Shown here in pieces: positions 1 through 8,925 of a stretch of DNA of 41,177 nt. The notes beneath the pieces are model-generated. The model did not search any database, was not told the DNA's origin, and saw only the letters and a list, made by a program, of their open reading frames with translations. The stretch comes from a bacterium (GTDB taxonomy: Bacteria > Patescibacteriota > Minisyncoccia > Moranbacterales > UBA1568): the NCBI GenBank assembly GCA_021821305.1, contig JAKACP010000001.1, forward strand, positions 598,349 to 639,525, given 5' to 3'. Each line of letters starts with the position of its first letter. The first letter of the stretch is position 1. A program made the position numbers and the translations under genes.

Positions 1-1064
1 CGGTCGGGACGCCGCCTGATCCCAAGACCGGTGAAGCGGACCTCAAATACGTCTTTTCCGCCGCGGAAATCTTCGGAAAGAATCTCAACGGCTACAAGAT
101 CTTCGTAAACAAGTCGACCGTGCCCGTCGGGACGGCCGACCGGGTACGAGAGGCGATCGCCCGGGCAAGCGACGGCAAGTACGAATTCGATGTCGTCTCG
201 AACCCGGAATTCCTCCGCGAAGGCGCGGCGGTCAAGGATTTCCTCAACCCGGACCGCGTCATCGTCGGCGCGGATTCGGAGCGCGCGTGGGAGATCATGG
301 AAAAGGTCTACCGCCCGATCGCCCGATCGGGGCGCCCGGTGGTGCTCACCGACGTGAAGAGCGCGGAGATCATCAAATATGCCTCCAACGCCTTCCTCGC
401 GACCAAGATATCGTTCATCAACGAGATCTCGCGCTTCATCGACAAGGCGGGCGGCAACGTCAAGGAAGTCTCCCGCGGTATGGGCTTCGACAGCCGTATC
501 GGCTCGCGGTTCCTCTACGCCGGGATAGGCTATGGCGGATCGTGCTTCCCCAAGGACGTCAAAGCGCTCATCCACACCGGCAAGGAGCACGGCATGGATT
601 TCACCATCCTCGAGGCGGTCGAGAAGGCCAACGAGCGCCAGAAACTCCTGCCCGTAGCGCACCTCAAGAAATCGCTCAAGACCCTCAAAGGTAAGAAAAT
701 CGCCCTCTGGGGGCTTTCATTCAAGCCGAGGACCGATGATGCGCGCGAATCGCCCGCACTCTCGATCATCGAATCCCTGACCAAAGCAGGCGCGACGGTG
801 ACCGCGTTCGATCCGGTCGCGACCGAGAACGCCAAGACGTTCATCGGCAGGAATCCGCGCGTGAAATACGCCGCCAAACAATACGACGCCACGGACAAGG
901 CGGATGCGCTCGTCATCGTCACCGAGTGGGATGAGTTCCGCACGGCGGACTATGCCGAACTCGCGAAGCGTATGAAGGGGAGCGTGATCGTCGACGGCCG
1001 CAACATCCTCGAGCGCGAGGAAGCGGAAGCGGCGGGATTCAAGTATTTCGGCATCGGCGTCTGA
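1..1064 (+). CDS. ugd: UDP-glucose 6-dehydrogenase, 5' end cut by window edge
   Basis: The frame is open from nt 3 (VGTPPDPKTGEADLKYV...VNKSTVPVGT precedes the tracked ORF 120..1064). It has the catalytic-Cys motif GYGGSCFPKDV and the C-terminal motif LWGLSFKPRTDDARESP. Stop is TGA at 1062-1064. Confidence 0.9.
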   Translation, partial: VGTPPDPKTGEADLKYVFSAAEIFGKNLNGYKIFVNKSTVPVGTADRVREAIARASDGKYEFDVVSNPEFLREGAAVKDFLNPDRVIVGADSERAWEIMEKVYRPIARSGRPVVLTDVKSAEIIKYASNAFLATKISFINEISRFIDKAGGNVKEVSRGMGFDSRIGSRFLYAGIGYGGSCFPKDVKALIHTGKEHGMDFTILEAVEKANERQKLLPVAHLKKSLKTLKGKKIALWGLSFKPRTDDARESPALSIIESLTKAGATVTAFDPVATENAKTFIGRNPRVKYAAKQYDATDKADALVIVTEWDEFRTADYAELAKRMKGSVIVDGRNILEREEAEAAGFKYFGIGV

Positions 1065-1074
1065 TGCCACCCGT

Positions 1075-1761
1075 ATGTCCATAGAGAACCCGAGCTACAA
1101 CATCGGTTCGATCGAACATCCCGACATGGCCGAAGGCGGGCGCGGGCTGGAAAATTACGAGGACGTCTTCGGCTTCCGGCGCGAAGAGCTCGAAGGGCTC
1201 TCCGTCGCCGATCTCGGCTCCGGGACCAGGCTCCGATTCGAGAACGGGCTTCGCGAGGCCGGTATCCACGCGGATGTCGTGAATCTGAGCCCGGATTTCC
1301 AATTTCCGGAAATCGCCAGCAAAGTACGGGCCGCCAATCCCGAGGCGTCGCTCGTCGCAGCTCTCGGGGAAAAGCTTCCGTTCCCCGAAGGGACGTTCGA
1401 CCGGGTGTTCGCGCTCCACGTGCTCGAGCATATCCGGACGAGCTTTCCCGATTTCGTCCTCGAAGCGGCGCGCACCCTCAAGGAGGGCGGCAAGGCGTCC
1501 CTCGGGCCGACATCGCTCGATAGCCGGGGAAAGCTCAAGCACGCGTCCTATGACACGCTCGTGAACGATACCGACCTCATGGAAAAGCTCCGGGAGATGG
1601 GTGTCTCGGTGTCCAAGCGGATGCTCAGCGAAACCGAAACCATCGACGATACCGAAGCGACCGCGATGTCGGGGAACCGGCTCCGCAAATGCGTCATCGT
1701 CCTCTCCAAGACTGCGCGACATGGTCAAAGTACTTCGGAATCAACATCCAGGGTGTTATAG
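1075..1761 (+). CDS. class I SAM-dependent methyltransferase (Methyltransf_11-like)
   Basis: Motif I-like VADLGSGTRL and post-motif LPFPEGTFDRVFALHVLEH. Starts 10 nt after the ugd stop. GC-rich third codon positions. Confidence 0.7.
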   Translation: MSIENPSYNIGSIEHPDMAEGGRGLENYEDVFGFRREELEGLSVADLGSGTRLRFENGLREAGIHADVVNLSPDFQFPEIASKVRAANPEASLVAALGEKLPFPEGTFDRVFALHVLEHIRTSFPDFVLEAARTLKEGGKASLGPTSLDSRGKLKHASYDTLVNDTDLMEKLREMGVSVSKRMLSETETIDDTEATAMSGNRLRKCVIVLSKTARHGQSTSESTSRVL

Positions 1762-1778
1762 TACATCTGATATCAAAT

Positions 1779-2261
1779 ATGGGACCGAAAATCATAGCCT
1801 ACATAGATGGGGCAAACCTTCACCAGGGATCAAAAAGTCTTGGCTGGCCTTTGGACTATGCCCGGTTTCGCGTATGGCTCAAGGAAAAATACGATGTTGA
1901 AACCGCGTATCTTTTTATCGGATTGATTCCCAAGAACAAAGATCTGTATACCTCGTTGCAGGAATCGGGATATGTGCTGGTATACAAAGAGGTGACCTAC
2001 GACGGAAACGGAAAAGTGAAAGGCAATTGCGATGCGGATCTCGTGCTCAAAGTCACCTCGGATTTTTACGAGGAACATTTTGACGGGATGATCCTTGTCT
2101 CAAGTGATGGAGATTATGCCGGCCTCGTCGAATTTCTCAAGAAGAGAGACAAATTCCGAACGCTCATTTCTCCGAGCAATAACTGCTCTTTCCTCCTCAG
2201 GAAATTGAATATTCCGATCGTATATCTCGATTCCAAGAAAAATATCCTGAAAAGGAGATAA
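1779..2261 (+). CDS. NYN-domain (LabA/DUF88-like) putative ribonuclease
   Basis: Acidic motifs IAYIDGANL, GNCDADLVL and ILVSSDGDYAGLV are typical of the NYN/PIN-like fold. I chose the internal ATG at 1779 (MGPKIIAYIDG), not the tracked 1689 start, which overlaps the methyltransferase. The gene is visibly AT-richer than its neighbours. Confidence 0.7.
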   Translation: MGPKIIAYIDGANLHQGSKSLGWPLDYARFRVWLKEKYDVETAYLFIGLIPKNKDLYTSLQESGYVLVYKEVTYDGNGKVKGNCDADLVLKVTSDFYEEHFDGMILVSSDGDYAGLVEFLKKRDKFRTLISPSNNCSFLLRKLNIPIVYLDSKKNILKRR

Positions 2262-2272
2262 AAAGAAAAGAC

Positions 2273-2307
2273 CCCCGACAGGTACGGATCCTGTCAGGGT
2301 TCTCTTC
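2273..2307 (+). terminator. candidate intrinsic terminator after the NYN gene
   Basis: Hairpin cccgacagg / cctgtcaggg (6 bp, one mismatch, 3 bp; 7-nt loop) followed by ttctcttc. Confidence 0.4.
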
Positions 2308-2366
2308 ATAGTGATGGCTCCAGTGTACGTCATTTTTATGACGGTGTCAATGGGGAAGAAAATCCC

Positions 2367-3575
2367 ATGAAAATCCTGTTTCTCAATTATGAGTATCCGC
2401 CGCTCGGCGGAGGCGCGGCCAACGCGACGCAGTACATCCTGCGCGAGTTTTCGCGCATGCCGGACGTCGAAGCGCACCTCGTGACCTCGGGAATGGGGGA
2501 GAAATACGAGAAAGAACATATCGGAGGCTCGGTGTGGGTGCATCGGCTCCCGATCGGCAAGGACCCGGCCAAGATCCATTCCCAGTCGGTCCGTGACCTC
2601 CTCGTCTACACATGGAAGGCATGGCATTTTTCCTCTCGGCTCGTGCGCGAGGCCGAAGCGGAGGGGAAGGCGTTCGAACGGACGATCGCGTTCTTCGGTA
2701 TCCCGTGCGGCGCGCTCGCGCTCTGGCTCAAGTGGAGGCACGGTATCCCGTACCTCGTCTCGCTCCGCGGGTCGGATGTACCCGGCTACAGCGAGAAATA
2801 TGACCGGCTCTACCTCTTCCTCGCGCCGCTCGTCCGCCTCGTCTGGAGGAAAGCGCTCGCAGTCGTGCCGAACAGCCGTGGACTGGCCGAGCTTGCACAA
2901 AAGACCGCGCCAAAACAGGCGTTCGATATCATTCCGAACGGCGTCGACACGGAGGAATTCCGGCCCGACCCGGCACGCGAGCACGACGGATACTTCCGCA
3001 TCCTTACCGTGTCGCGGCTCACGCCCCGCAAGGGGATCCGGTTCCTCATCCGGGCGATGAAATCGCTCAAAGAGAAGAATGAGAAACTGGAGTTGTGGAT
3101 CGCCGGCGATGGCGAAGAGCGTCCTGTGCTCGAAGCGCTCGCCAAGGAATGCGGCGTGTCCGACAAGGTCAAATTCTTCGGCCCCATTCCTCACGGAGAT
3201 CTTGGTAGGTACTATGGCCTCGCCGACGTGTTCTGTCTGCCATCCCTCAACGAAGGCATGAGCAACACCATGCTCGAGGCGCTCGCCGCGGGGCTCCCCA
3301 TAGTCGCCACGGTAACCGGCGGGACCGAGGAACTCGTGGTCTCCGGCGAAAACGGTCTCTCCGTCCTACAACAGTCGCCCGAGGATCTCGCCGAGAAGAT
3401 CAGCACGCTCGCCGCCGACCCAGCGCTCCGCGAGCGCATGGGGAATGCGAGCCGCGTCCGCGCGGAGGAAATGAGCTGGAAACGGGTAGCAGAGCGGTTT
3501 CTTGAGCTTTGCTCAATGGAAAAACACAAATCTCAGAGCACAAAAATCCAAACAAAGCACAAACCACAAAACTGA
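2367..3575 (+). CDS. GT4-family glycosyltransferase
   Basis: N-terminal MKILFLNYEYPPLGGGAANA and C-terminal PSLNEGMSNTMLEALAAGLPIVAT (the E-x7-E region of GT4/Glycos_transf_1). The last ~19 aa (MEKHKSQSTKIQTKHKPQN) are encoded by the ACA-rich repeat. Confidence 0.85.
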   Translation: MKILFLNYEYPPLGGGAANATQYILREFSRMPDVEAHLVTSGMGEKYEKEHIGGSVWVHRLPIGKDPAKIHSQSVRDLLVYTWKAWHFSSRLVREAEAEGKAFERTIAFFGIPCGALALWLKWRHGIPYLVSLRGSDVPGYSEKYDRLYLFLAPLVRLVWRKALAVVPNSRGLAELAQKTAPKQAFDIIPNGVDTEEFRPDPAREHDGYFRILTVSRLTPRKGIRFLIRAMKSLKEKNEKLELWIAGDGEERPVLEALAKECGVSDKVKFFGPIPHGDLGRYYGLADVFCLPSLNEGMSNTMLEALAAGLPIVATVTGGTEELVVSGENGLSVLQQSPEDLAEKISTLAADPALRERMGNASRVRAEEMSWKRVAERFLELCSMEKHKSQSTKIQTKHKPQN

Positions 3576-3578
3576 AAA
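3520..3578 (+). repeat. ACA-rich dispersed repeat, copy 1
   Basis: aaaacacaaatctcagagcacaaaaatccaaacaaagcacaaaccacaaaactg aligns with copies at 6484-6556 and 10719-10787. The segment cacaaaaatccaaacaaagcac is nearly identical to the reverse complement of 10818-10840. Confidence 0.7.
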
Positions 3579-3591
3579 CGAATCGCTCGGA

Positions 3592-4554
3592 ATGACAGTC
3601 ACCACTATGATCCCAAAGAAAAAAATTCTCTTTCTCCTGAAACTCGCCGTGACGTCCGGGCTCGTCGCGCTCCTCATCGAGAAGGTGGACTGGACGGCAA
3701 TAGGAGAGAAGTTCTCGGAAGCATCGCTCCCGCTCGTTCTCGCCGCGTTCGCTTTCTATGTCATCGGCATGCTCATCTCGGTCGGACGCTGGCGCGTGAC
3801 GGCGCGGTTCAAGAAGTTCGATCTCCCGTTCGCGGACGCGGTCCGATTCCACCTCGCTGGACTCTTCATCAACAATTTCCTCCCGTCGTTCCTCGGAGGG
3901 GACGCCTACCGAAGCTACCTCCTCGGGCGCGAGGACAAGCGCTACGCGGCGGCGACTTCGACCGTCATCTTCGTGAGATTCGTCGGGCTGTGGGCGACGA
4001 TCGCGCTCTTTCTCGCCTTCGGCTTCCTCTCCTATGGCACCGTATTCTCGCAACCGATGTTCTCGCTGTTCGGCCTCGGCCTCGGGATTTTTTTCGTGTT
4101 CGATGTCCTCCTCACCCTTTTCTCCGATCGGGCGCCGGTGCAGAGGCTCTTCTCGATATTCCCGAAGAAGCTCCAGGGGTTCTTTCGGGAGATCGGCGGG
4201 TATACGGATCGGAACTTCCTCTGGGAGAGCTTCCTCGTCTCGCTCGCCTTCTCCTTCGTCGGAGTCGGACTCTTCAACTTGGCGCTTTTTTCCGCGTTCG
4301 GGGAATCGGTCCCGGTCATCCCGTACCTCTCCGTCGTGTTTTTGACGAGTTTCGTCTCGAGCCTGCCGCTTTCCGTGAACAATATCGGTCTCAAGGAGTG
4401 GGCCTACTACACCTTTTTTCCGCTCATCGGCATCAGTCCCGAAGCGGCGCTCGCCGTGGCGCTCCTCGGGCGGTTCCTCCAGATGTTCGCGAGCCTCTTC
4501 GGGGCCCGATCCTTTTTCAAGGAAAAGAAACGACGGCTGGCGGAGAACGGTTGA
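3592..4554 (+). CDS. UPF0104 / lysyl-PG-synthase-TM-like 'flippase-like' membrane protein
   Basis: Polytopic membrane protein with the motif FINNFLPSFLGGDAYRSYLL characteristic of the flippase-like (AglD2/LPG_synthase_TM) family. I used the internal ATG at 3592 (MTVTTMIPKKKILFLLK) because the tracked 3502 start lies inside the GT4 gene and the repeat. Confidence 0.7.
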   Translation: MTVTTMIPKKKILFLLKLAVTSGLVALLIEKVDWTAIGEKFSEASLPLVLAAFAFYVIGMLISVGRWRVTARFKKFDLPFADAVRFHLAGLFINNFLPSFLGGDAYRSYLLGREDKRYAAATSTVIFVRFVGLWATIALFLAFGFLSYGTVFSQPMFSLFGLGLGIFFVFDVLLTLFSDRAPVQRLFSIFPKKLQGFFREIGGYTDRNFLWESFLVSLAFSFVGVGLFNLALFSAFGESVPVIPYLSVVFLTSFVSSLPLSVNNIGLKEWAYYTFFPLIGISPEAALAVALLGRFLQMFASLFGARSFFKEKKRRLAENG

Positions 4555-4567
4555 TAGGTGAAGCGAA

Positions 4568-4602
4568 TAAAAAAACGGGCATGAGCCCGTTTTCTCTTTT
4601 TT
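4568..4602. terminator. bidirectional intrinsic terminator between convergent genes
   Basis: aaaaaaa-ACGGGC-atga-GCCCGT-tttctctttttt: a GC stem flanked by an A-run and a T-run. Confidence 0.7.
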
Positions 4603-4618
4603 ATTGACTGTTAACTGA

Positions 4619-6454
4619 CTATCTATCGAGCCGGAATACCTTCACGAAGTTCTCCTCCTGTCCGTTTATCTCGAGGCTCCAGTCCGGATTCGTCCGGTCG
4701 TAGTATCGGTACGCCACGAGACCGGAAAGCTCTTCCCAGCGGTCGGCACGCGACATATAGCGGATCTGGCCGCGTCGGGTAAGGACATAGTAGTCCGGAC
4801 GCACGTCATTCGGATCGAAAGTGTAGGCGGTGAGGCACCGTCCGACGAAGAATTCGCAGACACCATAATAATCGGACCAGACCGTGAGGTTTTTCGCATC
4901 CGGAAGCGCATTGAGATATCGCGCCGCCTCGTATCCGCCATATCCCCAGGAGTGTGTGAGGATGGATGACTTGGGAAGGACTATGTTGTCGAAATTCGCG
5001 TAAAACGGCTTGCTTGAAAACGCACTGCCGATCGAAGAGAGGGCGACGATCACTATCATCACTGAATATGCCCACGCGCCATATTTCTTCCGGAGAATCG
5101 CGCCTACTTCCGTGATTCCGATCGCCGCGAAGAAAGCGAAGATCGGGAACAGCAGGCTGATATAGCGCGGAGTCGTCAATACGTTCGAAAATCCGAATGC
5201 GACGAGTGACACGAGAGAAAACCCGAGTAGGAGGAAGATGGACAATCGGTGCGCCGAGGGAAGAAAAACCGCCCGACCGATGGCGAACCAAGAAAAAACG
5301 AGTGTCGCTATCGGCAAAGCGAAGACGAGCGGGTGCAACTCGAGAACGGCGATTTCCAACGGTGACAGGTATCGACCGAGGAAGTAACGGGCGTTGGTGA
5401 TGTCCTTTATATCGAAGGGGAGAACGGTGAATATATCCCATGTCGGCAGGATATGCCTCACCACCACGAGCATGACGCTCGCGAGGAGAAACGTTCCGGC
5501 GAACGCACGAGCGGCCACCAGGGATATCCGTGACGCGGATACCAGCCGTTTTTGAGGAATACGCAGAAGCGAGATGGCCGCGGTGAGTAGAAGTAGAGCG
5601 ATGTATGCCAGCCATGGAAGCCAGGAGTCCGTACCGGCGGTCAGATAGTTTTCCCTGAATTTTGTCGCGGCGGGAACGAATATCTCCGGGACGAACAGCG
5701 CGAAGAGGAGAAACGGCGCAGCGGAAATGACAAGGAGCGAAATGACCTGCACGCGGGGTCGCATCGGCGAAAAGGAGCGATCGATGATGAAACTACCGAG
5801 CACGATGACCGGAAGGAAAAAGACGATCATGATGGCGGCATATTTCGAGAGGAGCGCCATCGTGAGCGCGGCGACGGTCCATATCGCGAACGAGCGTTTC
5901 CCGCTCCTGAGGAACGCGAGAAACGTGAAGATAGCGGCCGAACCGGATGACCAGAGAAGCGAGTCCGGATTGACGATCTGCGACAGCCCCAGGAGGTGCG
6001 GGGAAAGCGCCGTAAGCGCGACCGTACCGATCGCGATGTTCCGATCGGTGAACGCCCGTACCGCGAAAAAAATGAGAACAAGGAAGAGGGCGTTGACGAG
6101 GAGAATCGGCAGTCTGAACGACGCGTAAATTCGGGATGTCTCCGTAGGATCACAGCCCGAGAACCATCCTTCTTTCTCCTGACAATCGAGCGTCGTCGTG
6201 TCATGAAGAAGGAGCGCGGGCCCCGAAACGAGCGAGAGCGAGACGCCCGGCTTGTCATTGATATCCGTCTTGCGCACATCGAGGTCGCTCCATGCGTCGA
6301 AGTATCTCGGGATCCGCTCCTCGACCCAGTAGTGCTCGTCGGCGGTGATGAAACTACCGATATGCTGGAGACCGAAGAAAAAATAGGCCGCGAGTATGAT
6401 GGTGAGAAGCGTCAGTACCTGATGTTTTTTGATGAGGACTGAGAAATATTTCAT
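4619..6454 (-). CDS. GT-C fold membrane glycosyltransferase (GT39/ArnT/PMT-like), paralog 1
   Basis: More than 10 predicted TM segments. First-loop acidic motif ITADEHYWVEE followed by INDKPGVSLSL. C-terminal soluble domain YEAARYLNALPDAKNLTVWSDYYGVCEFFVGRC is shared with paralog 2. Confidence 0.75.
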   Translation of the reverse strand: MKYFSVLIKKHQVLTLLTIILAAYFFFGLQHIGSFITADEHYWVEERIPRYFDAWSDLDVRKTDINDKPGVSLSLVSGPALLLHDTTTLDCQEKEGWFSGCDPTETSRIYASFRLPILLVNALFLVLIFFAVRAFTDRNIAIGTVALTALSPHLLGLSQIVNPDSLLWSSGSAAIFTFLAFLRSGKRSFAIWTVAALTMALLSKYAAIMIVFFLPVIVLGSFIIDRSFSPMRPRVQVISLLVISAAPFLLFALFVPEIFVPAATKFRENYLTAGTDSWLPWLAYIALLLLTAAISLLRIPQKRLVSASRISLVAARAFAGTFLLASVMLVVVRHILPTWDIFTVLPFDIKDITNARYFLGRYLSPLEIAVLELHPLVFALPIATLVFSWFAIGRAVFLPSAHRLSIFLLLGFSLVSLVAFGFSNVLTTPRYISLLFPIFAFFAAIGITEVGAILRKKYGAWAYSVMIVIVALSSIGSAFSSKPFYANFDNIVLPKSSILTHSWGYGGYEAARYLNALPDAKNLTVWSDYYGVCEFFVGRCLTAYTFDPNDVRPDYYVLTRRGQIRYMSRADRWEELSGLVAYRYYDRTNPDWSLEINGQEENFVKVFRLDR

Positions 6455-6483
6455 GACAGGGTGTTCTGCTAGTCAATCATCTT

Positions 6484-6556
6484 AAAACACAAATCACCGT
6501 GCACAGATCCGCCAGCCGGCGGACCAAACAAATCACAAAACACAACTTTCAAAACA
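6484..6556 (+). repeat. ACA-rich dispersed repeat, copy 2 (contains a GC-rich palindromic insertion)
   Basis: aaaacacaaatcaccgtgcacagatccgccagccggcggaccaaacaaatcacaaaacacaac. The same order of blocks as copies 1 and 3, plus the inserted palindrome tccgcc-agcc-ggcgga. Confidence 0.65.
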
Positions 6557-6573
6557 CATCGGAATGTGTGCTT

Positions 6574-8835
6574 TTATTTTTCGAAGGGGAATATCCGCAC
6601 ATAGTGCGACGGCCGACCGTTGATAAGGAGTTCCCAAACGGCGCCCTCGGTCCGGTCGTAGTAGATATCGAAGCGGAGCACGTCGGAACGCATATCCTCT
6701 ACCGCGGTCATGACCCGGTCGGTCGTCCGGCTCTCGCGACCGGCGGAGACGACGACATAATCGAATGATTCCTTCCGGTAGAGCCTCCAGTTGAAACTGC
6801 TCTTGCACCGGCCTATGAAGAATTTGCAGACGCCGGACTTGTCGGTCCAGACGGTGAGGTTCTGCGCGTCCGGAAGGGTATTGAGATACATGGCGGCCTC
6901 ATAGCTTCCCGGGCCCATGTCCTTGACGTCGGTGTGGTACCGCTCCGGGAGGAGCGAGGAGACATAGCTGAGGGGGAACGGGGTCCGAGCGAGGGTGTAG
7001 ACACCGGCCCCGGTGACGATGACGAGAAGGGCGGGGAGGAGGAATCGCTTCTCGAACGGGAAGGAGAGGCGCTTCTTCGCAAGAAGGAAGAGCTCGCCGA
7101 GGGCGATGCCGGCGATGATGCCCGCGATCGGGAAGAGGATGATCTGATAACGGGTGATCGAGGCGACGCCGTTGACCGTCGCTCCCGCGTAGTAAAGGAG
7201 GATGAAGAGGATGAGATACAGCGAGAGACGGCCCCGGGCGGTCTCGCGAAAGGATCGCCGGAAGAGGAGGACGGCGGAGACGAAGAGCGACACGAGCACG
7301 ACGGGTGGGATGCCGAAGAGGAGAGGATAAAAGTTGGTGAGGAAAATACCCGTGATATCGGTATTGTTCGCTATGGTCTTGGGGGAGGCGAGGAGTGTCG
7401 GAAAATCGAACCAGCGCATGCCGAGCCATACGTTCGCGAGAGTGAATGTCATCGCGACGAGGAAGATACCGGCGATAGCACGACCGAAAACGGCGGAGAA
7501 TCGGTGAAAAAATGCGAGGATCTGTTCGGTCACGCGCGCCCGGGTGACGATCCGGTCCGCGAGGACGAAGAACACGATACCGAGGAAGATCGGCGCGACA
7601 CTCTCGAAGGCCTCCGATTCGATGGTCGCCTCGAGGAGTTTTTCCGGCTTGAGGAATACGGCCGGATAGAGGACGGTGAAGACCGAGAGCGCGGAGAAGA
7701 GGAGGACGCCGTAATGGACGAGGGCGTCCCTGATGGAATCGATGAAGGCGCGCGGGCCGAAGTGGCGGTCGTTGAAGATGTACTCGAGGAATATGATGCC
7801 GAAGATGAAGACGACGACGATGTTGCCGACATATTTGGTCAGGAGCGTGAGCCCGAGGAGCACTCCCGCGAGGAAAAGATAGGCGGGATGGCGGCGCTTG
7901 AGAAAGGCGAGGTACGCGAGGAGGGTGAGCGGCGCGAAGAACCAGAGGAACGAATCAGGATTGACGATCTTGGTCATGCCGAGCGTGACCGGGGAGAGCG
8001 CGACGAAGGAATAGGAGAAGAGGGCCCGGGTCCGCCCGAGCAGGCGTTCGATGAGGAAATAGAAAAGCGGGAGAAACAACGCCGCGACGAGGACGATTGG
8101 GAGGCGGAACGCGAAGAAGAAATCCTCGATACCCTTGTCCGGACCCTTCAGCGGCTTCATGATGACGGGATGCTCGTACTTGGCCATGGCCGTTCCGGAA
8201 GCGATAGCGACCGTGATGCCGGGTTTGTCGCTGATGGCGGTTTTCTTGAGCTCGAGGTCGCCGAGCGCGTTCCAATACTTCGGCACGCGCCCGTAGAGCC
8301 AGAGCGCCTCATCGACGGCGACGAACTGCCCGAGCCGGGACGCACCGGCAAACGCGAAGATGCCGGTGAGCAGGAGAACGAACGCGAGCGCCCACACACC
8401 CTGGAGCCGTATCCATGCCCGTGGCGAGATATGCGACAGCCCGTCTCGTTCGAGCCGCGCGAGGTATCGGAACGAGAAATAGAGGCCGAGCACGATCACA
8501 TAGAGACCGGCCGCCACGTAGATGAGCTGGTTCACGTCATCCGTATAGCCGAGTCCGACGAGAAATATCGTCTCGGCGGGAAGGAAGACGGCGAAGAGCC
8601 GCTTCATCCACGAGGAGATGGGCCGGAACGGCGTGTAAAAGAATACCGCGCCGACGGCAAGTATCCCGAAGGAAAGGAAGCCGAACGTGAAGACGTACGG
8701 GGATGGGTTCGGAAAAAACCCCGAAACTTCAGGAGCGTGTTTGAGGATATAAAAGACGCTCCATACCGCGAGCAGGAGCGAGACGGCGGGGTAGACCCGT
8801 TTTTCCTGTCTTGAAAGCTGTTTCAGAAAATCCAT
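6574..8835 (-). CDS. GT-C fold membrane glycosyltransferase (GT39/ArnT/PMT-like), paralog 2, with extra N-terminal TM block
   Basis: Motif VAVDEALWLYGRVPKYW...ISDKPGITVAIASG. C-terminal YEAAMYLNTLPDAQNLTVWTDKSGVCKFFIGRC is homologous to paralog 1. It carries ~170 additional N-terminal residues with about 5 TM segments. Confidence 0.75.
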   Translation of the reverse strand: MDFLKQLSRQEKRVYPAVSLLLAVWSVFYILKHAPEVSGFFPNPSPYVFTFGFLSFGILAVGAVFFYTPFRPISSWMKRLFAVFLPAETIFLVGLGYTDDVNQLIYVAAGLYVIVLGLYFSFRYLARLERDGLSHISPRAWIRLQGVWALAFVLLLTGIFAFAGASRLGQFVAVDEALWLYGRVPKYWNALGDLELKKTAISDKPGITVAIASGTAMAKYEHPVIMKPLKGPDKGIEDFFFAFRLPIVLVAALFLPLFYFLIERLLGRTRALFSYSFVALSPVTLGMTKIVNPDSFLWFFAPLTLLAYLAFLKRRHPAYLFLAGVLLGLTLLTKYVGNIVVVFIFGIIFLEYIFNDRHFGPRAFIDSIRDALVHYGVLLFSALSVFTVLYPAVFLKPEKLLEATIESEAFESVAPIFLGIVFFVLADRIVTRARVTEQILAFFHRFSAVFGRAIAGIFLVAMTFTLANVWLGMRWFDFPTLLASPKTIANNTDITGIFLTNFYPLLFGIPPVVLVSLFVSAVLLFRRSFRETARGRLSLYLILFILLYYAGATVNGVASITRYQIILFPIAGIIAGIALGELFLLAKKRLSFPFEKRFLLPALLVIVTGAGVYTLARTPFPLSYVSSLLPERYHTDVKDMGPGSYEAAMYLNTLPDAQNLTVWTDKSGVCKFFIGRCKSSFNWRLYRKESFDYVVVSAGRESRTTDRVMTAVEDMRSDVLRFDIYYDRTEGAVWELLINGRPSHYVRIFPFEK

Positions 8836-8925
8836 ATGCGTTGTCGAAAGATGAAAAAAAGGATACCATGAAGGAAAATACCGTAAAGGGCCCTAAATGC
8901 CCTTTGTAAGCGTTAGACTATCACA

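Noticed and set aside
1689-1778. Long N-terminal extensions in the ORF track (starts at 1689, 3502, 24899, 34140, 39056, 38929, 39775, 22815 and 20855)
   Set aside because: In each case the extension overlaps the upstream gene or a repeat or promoter, and it lacks family similarity. An internal ATG gives the canonical N-terminus, for example MTKSIVKPLG for GroES.
1740-2366. Calling the NYN islet a mobile element
   Set aside because: There is no integrase or transposase, no terminal or direct repeats, and no tRNA target. Only the compositional deviation is visible, so it is reported as a finding and not annotated as mobile.
6934-8814. 626-aa + strand ORF rich in E/D/R/G
   Set aside because: It lies entirely antisense to the coherent 753-aa GT-C membrane protein. 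Its low-complexity charged composition is typical of shadow ORFs in GC-rich DNA.
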